A DNA stretch of 42,711 nt from Octopus bimaculoides (taxonomy: Eukaryota). A program made the translations under genes and the position numbers. The notes beneath the pieces were generated by a model. It was not told the DNA's origin, made no database searches, and was given only the letters and a program-made list of their open reading frames with translations. Below, in pieces: positions 36,321-42,711 of this stretch. The stretch is from positions 27,017,572-27,060,282 of the forward strand of contig NC_068986.1 of NCBI RefSeq assembly GCF_001194135.2, written 5' to 3'. Each line of letters opens with the position of its first letter. Position 1 is the first letter of the stretch.

Positions 36321-36633
36321 GTGCTCGTGGCATGTAAAAAGCATCTTCCGAACGTGATCGATGCCAGTGTCCCTGACTGGCTCCTGTGCCGGTGACATGT
36401 AAAAAATACTATCCGAACATGATCGATGCCAGGCCCGCCTGACTGGCTCCTGTTGCGGTGGCACATAAAAAGCACCCACTACACTTGGAGTGGTTGGCGT
36501 TAGGAAGGGCATCCAGCTGTAGAACATTGCCAGATTAGATTGGAGCCTGGTGCAGCCACTGGCTTTCCAGACCTCAGTCAAACCATCCAACCCATGCTAA
36601 TATGGAAAACGGACGTTAAATGATGATGATGAT
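36321..36633 (+). mobile_element. RTE-tail element with a 65/66-bp duplicated module
   Basis: Modules at 36321, 36386 and 36452, then GAGTGGTTGGCGTTAGGAAGGGCATCCAGCTGTAGAA ... GGACGTTAAATGATGATGATGAT. Confidence 0.88.
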
Positions 36634-37738
36634 ATCTCTATCTACATAGATGCATATACACATACATACTTTATCTATAATTTGTTGGTGTACCCAAAGT
36701 CGGTGTCACAGTCCTTATATTCCACATTTGTACTTAACTCGGTATTGGCTAAAATCATCAATTACCATTATCTATTATATTTGTTGTGTTCCAGCAAAGC
36801 CAATTTTCTATACATTGTACACATAGCTGGTGTCTGGGAATTCATCATGTTGACTCTATTGTTCCATCTCAGAGATGATGAGAACTTCTATGATGATTGA
36901 TGGTAAATTCTGAGACCGATGAATACACATCATTTCATTTCCTAATTGAAAGCATGTCACTTTCATTGGTAATAGCCTTTGTTAATGCCTTGATCATTGT
37001 CGTTGACATCGTCATCACCATCATAGTGTCATCATTACATCACATATCATCATTATATTTGTTCATCATATTATCATTGGCTTCCTACCATTATCATGGT
37101 TTTAATGATGGCGTCTAAACAAAGATTGGATAGCAGACTCCTTCATGCAATCTGTCCAAGTTAGACATCCCTGCACTCATGTCATACATCGTGTTGTAGC
37201 TGTTCCTGGTGTCTCGTACATGTTCAAATGAATTTATCCATATCTAAGAACAGCTTTTCTTCGTTATGACCAGGCATCTCTTGTCATGTTCTTGTGTATT
37301 AATTGCATTTATTTATCAGAGAATATGGTCATAACTATATCACCTGATACTCTACATTATCACATGTAATCTATTGTCTCAAATGCAAAATATTTCAGTT
37401 TCTTTCTATCTATCTATCTATCTATCTATCTGTTGTCTGTCTGTATGTACGACATATATTGGAATATGTATGTGCATATGTACATTTGTGTGTGTGTGTG
37501 TGTGTGTGGTGGATAGTATGTTTGCATGAAAGATTTGTTGTCATGTTATTTTTAATTCTTTTTTTTTGATTTTTTGCAACTGGTTGGTCCTGTATGATTT
37601 TTACTGATCATGCTGCAAGGCAATTGCAGCAAGAGAAAGCTCCAAACTTACCCATAAACCACCACTGTTTCCAATATTACACTTCCATACTGTCACATCA
37701 CACTAGTTTGGTATCTATAGGGAGAGTAGAAAGGTGTG

Positions 37739-37792
<54 letters not shown>

Positions 37793-37961
37793 AGAGAGAG
37801 AGGGTGGGGAGAAATAATGAAAGAAAGAAAGAAAACTTCAAGCCAAATATAAAAAAAAAGCAAAACAATAGGAGGAAAAAATAGCAATTTTAACATAAAG
37901 ATGTATTTTGATTTTGATGCTTGTTCATCCGTGCATATTTATGTGTATGCCTATGCATGAA

Positions 37962-37999
<38 letters not shown>

Positions 38000-38329
38000 C
38001 CATTTATACTGTTGTTAACTTTCTTACAGATTTTCTTTATTACATTAAAGCATCGCTGTAAAAGAACAGTCGCCATTATTCTTTGTTTCCTCGGGCTAAT
38101 CTACAGTCAACTTACCATATGTTATTTTTATAATTCATATCTTTTTTCCATTCTTTTCTCTCTGTGTGATTTTTCTTTATTTTAATTTTTTTTTGTTGCT
38201 GTTCTACTCTTGCGTTCCTTCTTAACTTTCTTGCAGTCAGAAAATTTTCAATAGGTGTGCGCGCATGTGTGTACACATATGCAAATATAGTTACACACTT
38301 GCATAGAAACACACACACACACACACATG

Positions 38330-38360
<31 letters not shown>

Positions 38361-38388
38361 GCACAACTTTGTGTGTGTGTACACACAC

Positions 38389-38830
38389 AGGGAAGCTGGC
38401 TATGTGGTTAAGAAATTCACTTTGCAACCATGTGATTTCGGGTTCAGTCCCATGTATAGTACTTTGGCTAGTGTCTTCCATGGTAGACCTGGGTCAACCA
38501 ATGCCTCATAAATAATATTGGTAGATGGAAACTGTATGGAAGCTTATCACAAATATAGACATTTGCGTGTGTTTGTGTGAGAGCAAATGCTGACATTTTG
38601 TGAATTCACTTGTTGGTCTCTTAGCAAGTCGGTGATAGGTTTATTTATGTTCCTTGTTGTCATTTTGACTGTCATTCTGCATTTTTGAAGACTAGTGGAA
38701 TACTATATCTCTTACTTTAAGAACAGGTGACAGTCGAAGACTAGAAGGGCATCTGGCTATAAAATACTGTCTTAGATATGTCTTTCTTCAGCCTATGGTA
38801 GCATGGAAAAATGGACATTTAAGGAATGAG
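38389..38830 (+). mobile_element. SINE family B head and body ending in an RTE-type tail
   Basis: Head TGGCTATGTGGTTAAG ... GGGTTCAGTCCC; 3' GAACAGGTGA ... AGAAGGGCATCTGGCTATAAAA ... CCTATGGTAGCATGGAAAAATGGACATTTAAGGAATGA. Confidence 0.7.
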
Positions 38831-38842
38831 TGAACAAACCGT

Positions 38843-39017
38843 GTAGGAGTGGCTGTGTGGTAAGTAGCTTGCTTACGAACCACATGGTTCTGGGTTCAGT
38901 CCCACTGCGTGGCACATTGGGCAAGTGTCTTCTACTATAGCCTCGGGCCGACCAAAGCCTTGTGAGTGGATTTGATAGACGGAAACTGAAAGCCCATCGT
39001 ATATATGTATATATATA
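38843..39017 (+). mobile_element. SINE family B, young head and CORE-like region (runs into gap)
   Basis: GGAGTGGCTGTGTGGTAAG (A box), GGGTTCAGTCCC (B box), GCACATTGGGCAAGTGTCTTCTACTATAGCCTCGGG; CpGs retained. Confidence 0.88.
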
Positions 39018-39410
39018 NNNNNNNNNNNNNNNNNNNNNNNNNNNNNNNNNNNNNNNNNNNNNNNNNNNNNNNNNNNNNNNNNNNNNNNNNNNNNNNNNNN
39101 NNNNNNNNNNNNNNNNNNNNNNNNNNNNNNNNNNNNNNNNNNNNNNNNNNNNNNNNNNNNNNNNNNNNNNNNNNNNNNNNNNNNNNNNNNNNNNNNNNNN
39201 NNNNNNNNNNNNNNNNNNNNNNNNNNNNNNNNNNNNNNNNNNNNNNNNNNNNNNNNNNNNNNNNNNNNNNNNNNNNNNNNNNNNNNNNNNNNNNNNNNNN
39301 NNNNNNNNNNNNNNNNNNNNNNNNNNNNNNNNNNNNNNNNNNNNNNNNNNNNNNNNNNNNNNNNNNNNNNNNNNNNNNNNNNNNNNNNACACACACACAC
39401 ACACACTCTT

Positions 39411-39448
<38 letters not shown>

Positions 39449-39494
39449 GTTTGAGTGTATGTAAATGTGTGCACACAAACACACACACACACAT

Positions 39495-39665
39495 GCAGGC
39501 ATAGCTGTGTAGTTAAAATGTTTGCTTTTGAGCCATGTTTCTCGGTTAGATGTTGCTACATGACATTATGGGCAGATATCTGCTATAAGATTAACATTAT
39601 CTGCAGGATGACCAATTCTTTGTAAATGAAATTTTGTTGATGGAAATGGTGCAGAAGCTTGTGAC
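39495..39665 (+). mobile_element. Degraded SINE family B copy
   Basis: GCATAGCTGTGTAGTTAAAATG ... ATGGGCAGATATCT ... TTGTAAATGAAATTTTGTTGATGGAAA ... GAAGCTTGT. Confidence 0.5.
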
Positions 39666-39881
39666 ACACACGTGTTTCGGGGGCTATATGTGTTAGGTTA
39701 AAAATCAGTATATGAACTGATGAATCTTTGTGTCATTGGGTTATGTCCAGATGGATTCGATAGGTACCTGATTAAGCACTGACTGGGATCTCAATAATTA
39801 ACTAAAATGCTTGACGATGTTGCCACAGTACGGTAGCAGTTTGATAATGCAACTATTAAATGAATAAAAATCTTGTGTGTT

Positions 39882-39917
<36 letters not shown>

Positions 39918-40007
39918 CGTGTGTGTGTGTGTACAGGGAGAGTGAGTGAGAAGTATGTTTAGTTTAAAAATGAATTGTTTCATAGTGTTCTGTTTCTGTG
40001 GTTATAT

Positions 40008-40077
40008 ATGGTATTTCATATATTCAGTCCGTATATGAAATACCATTTGTCTAAATCTACATTGCAATGTAGATTTA
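40008..40077. other. Two adjacent perfect inverted repeats (15-bp arms with 9-nt spacer; 26-bp spacerless palindrome)
   Basis: ATGGTATTTCATATA (40008-40022) / TATATGAAATACCAT (40032-40046); TAAATCTACATTG|CAATGTAGATTTA (40052-40077). Confidence 0.9.
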
Positions 40078-40659
40078 TAACCCTAAGAAAAATGGAATGT
40101 GTCTTCTGGTGTATCTTTGAGAAACAACTTTTCTTTCTTGTATAGTTAATAGAAACACAATTCTGATTTTTTTCCAGTCTATTTTTCATTTTTTCAATTT
40201 ATGTTGATATTCTTGGCTTGTTTAGAAAGTCTTCATCTTTACAGGATCCAGTTTATGGAATGTTTCAGGCTTATGAATCTGTCATTACAATATATTGATG
40301 GATGTTGTGTGTGTATGTGTATGTAATTTGCTATTGTGTTTATGTGTGGATGAGTGTATTAAGTCTTAGTTGTTTAACTGGAAGTCAGCTGTGAGTAAAC
40401 CCATGATCAAAGGCACTCCACATTTGACCACCCTGTCAACTACTATTTCTTGCTGGTTAAGAAATAATATAGATGCTCTTTTGTTAGGCTGGTATTAAAT
40501 TTTAGTATTTCAGCCATTTTGCTTGTCTGTTTTTGATATCAGCCTGATTAAGATCACCTTTGATTTTATCAGAGAATATCCTATTTTAAAGGCTTCACAT
40601 TTAAATTTAAAATTTCCACAAAAATTTTGTATAAGAAAGTTTTAAGTTATGTTCCCAAC

Positions 40660-40860
40660 ACCAACTTAATAATGGATTCAAATTTTGACACAAGGTCAGT
40701 AATTTGGTAGGGAGGGGTAAGTTGATTACATCGCCCCCGGTACTGAATTGGCACTTCATTTTATCAACCACCAAAAAGATGGAAAACAAAACTTGGCATA
40801 TTTTGAACTGGTTAAAGAACTGGTAGAAATATCACAAAGCATTTTGTCTTCTGGCTCACC
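40660..40860 (-). mobile_element. SINE family A, degraded
   Basis: GATTCAAATTTTGACACAAGGTCAGTAATTTGG ... GTTGATTACATCG ... AAGCATTTTG ... GCTCACC is the reverse complement of family A. Confidence 0.7.
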
Positions 40861-41414
40861 ATCATCTTGTACCATCTTAATAATGAAAGTTTAGCTATGT
40901 TACAAACTCATGATTCTTGACTATTTTCAGAATGTGTTGAAACACATGACCCATGTGCTTTATAAAAGAAAAAAGAAATCTGGTTATGAAAGGGTTTAAG
41001 GTTGTGGTGATGAGTAGTGTGAATAGAAAAAATCTTAATCCATTTTCACAGATTTCTTTGTATATGAAAGTTGTGGGAGTACTTTGTAACGCTAGTATTA
41101 CTTCCCTTGGTTGGGTGAATGTTTCTAGTTTGTTTAGTAATGAGTATTTTAAGTGCCATTACATAATGCATTGCTGTAGATGCGTAGTTAGTTTGCATGG
41201 ACAGTTTAGCACTAGTGTGACATATATAACATCTGTCTGCATGAAGTTTACAATATTTATATTGAAAGTGACATATTGCATTAGTTATTTGTATTATTAC
41301 TTTATTTTAGCTGTGTTTTATTTGGTCAATATGTGTGTGTTATTTTAATAGCGTTTTTAGTGTTATATATTGCAGGTGAAACCTTACCTTCTGTGACAGT
41401 ACATTTACTACACA

Positions 41415-41473
<59 letters not shown>

Positions 41474-42017
41474 ACACACACAAACACACATTGTGTATGT
41501 ATATCTAATGTACAATATGTTCTTTCTGATATGTTTTTTTTAGTGTCTCAATTTCCTCTTAACCTTCTTGATTGCTTTTAGATGTCTAAATGTAGAATTT
41601 ATTTTTGTTAGTTTTATTTGTAATAGCTTTCTTTTTTCATTCATTCAGTAAAAACAAAACAAAAAAAAGCATAAATAAAAATCTTCTCCATAACATATGA
41701 TTCCAATTTCTAGTTCTTTCCTTCTGAAGTCAGGAAAAAAAAGCTGCAAGTTTCATCTACCTATGTTCTCTAGAATGGCCTCTTTTTCTAACATTGCTAT
41801 CTTCAACCAAGCACTATCTCTTATTGCTCTTAAACACTGAGAAACTGGCTATTTTGGTACATAAACATGTGTATAAGTAGCAAGTTAAGTACTTAGGTCA
41901 ATGGTTAGGTTTGTGTCTTTCATTTACGTCTATCTCACCTTTATTAAAAGGACCATTTTTCTTCTCCTTGTCACCTTCAATATCCAAATATGTTTACTTA
42001 TAACCATCATTTTCTGG

Positions 42018-42018
42018 C

Positions 42019-42071
<53 letters not shown>

Positions 42072-42101
42072 ACCTACATTTCTTAAANNNNNNNNNNTGG
42101 C

Positions 42102-42154
<53 letters not shown>

Positions 42155-42397
42155 ACCTACATTTCTTAAATGTTAAAACTGAAATAGCTTACACCACTTT
42201 CCAACTTGCCTCTCCCACTTGCCTCAGCCCCATCATCGTCATCGCCATCGTCATCATCGTCATCATCCACATTGTCTTGAGTATCCATTTTGTTTTTTCC
42301 CCTTTACTATTCATCTTTCCTCTAATCATTTTCCTTTCATATTCTGATATTTCCTCCTCTATTTCCCTTTGCTATTCTCTTCGATTTTTCTTACCTA

Positions 42398-42432
<35 letters not shown>

Positions 42433-42437
42433 TTCTA

Positions 42438-42503
<66 letters not shown>

Positions 42504-42560
42504 CTACCCCCACCTTCCCTTCTCTCTTTCATCTCATCCACATCACCCACACCCCTGCAG
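42018..42560. repeat. (CT)n-rich polypyrimidine field, including a contig-overlap duplication across a 10-N gap
   Basis: About 42015-42087 is repeated at 42098-42170 either side of N 42088-42097; long (CT)n at about 42398-42502. Confidence 0.85.
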
Positions 42561-42711
42561 CTCTTCTCTTCCCCATACCATTCCCTATCTTGTTCTCTGC
42601 ACCTTCGCTTTTCTTCAAATGGATTGTTATTGCTACTGCTTTGCTCTTCTTCACAAATCCTCTTTCAGTTCATTCTCACATTTCTATGTACTAACTTATA
42701 TCTCTTTGCTC

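Noticed and set aside
36321-36480. CRISPR-like reading of the repeat-spacer modules
   Set aside because: Animal DNA with no cas genes. The spacers are homologous to each other and the units sit inside a retroelement 3' region, so these are tandem duplications.
36866-36915. C/D-box snoRNA-like pattern (ATGATGA ... CTGA with a TCTCAG/CTGAGA stem)
   Set aside because: Only about 39 nt from box C to box D, with no room for guides; ATG repeats are ubiquitous here.
38843-38915. tRNA gene calls for A/B-box sequences (also at 10617, 13165, 13615, 24040-24215)
   Set aside because: No complete cloverleaf; each continues into a SINE body present in multiple diverged copies.
11393-39504. Long ORFs spanning N-gaps (e.g. 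11393-12234, 19531-20753, 27179-28012, 38793-39504)
   Set aside because: Their length comes from N runs and microsatellites. Only the RT part of 24951-26222 is real coding-derived sequence.
42015-42170. Apparent 70-bp tandem duplication
   Set aside because: Near-identical copies (differing only in CT count) abut a 10-N gap, typical of unmerged contig ends.

Overview
This is AT-rich, microsatellite-dense, gapped animal genomic DNA with ten N-gaps. The repeat content looks most like a cephalopod (Octopus-type) draft assembly; that is an inference from composition and SINE/LINE types. No cellular protein-coding gene can be confidently recognised, and almost all listed ORFs are translated microsatellites or run through N-gaps. 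The recognisable content is mobile DNA: a young RTE-group LINE with an uninterrupted RT frame (24993-25284) and many copies of its (GAT)n-tailed 3' end, three tRNA-headed SINE families (called A, B, C here), a CR1/L2-type LINE 3' end, two TTAA-flanked piggyBac-type MITEs, a probable Tc1/mariner-pogo end and a probable Penelope-like fragment. The most notable observations are: (1) a hairpin module in the RTE 3' region that is tandemly re-amplified with a different unit length in each copy; (2) one SINE head found with two different LINE tails, with both candidate partner LINEs in the window; (3) a 30-bp-stem hairpin at 35145-35214; (4) twin perfect inverted repeats at 40008-40077; (5) three interlocked helices at 32156-32226; (6) a weak, phase-compatible chain of candidate small exons on the + strand. 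All alignments and folds were done by eye; no database search was run.
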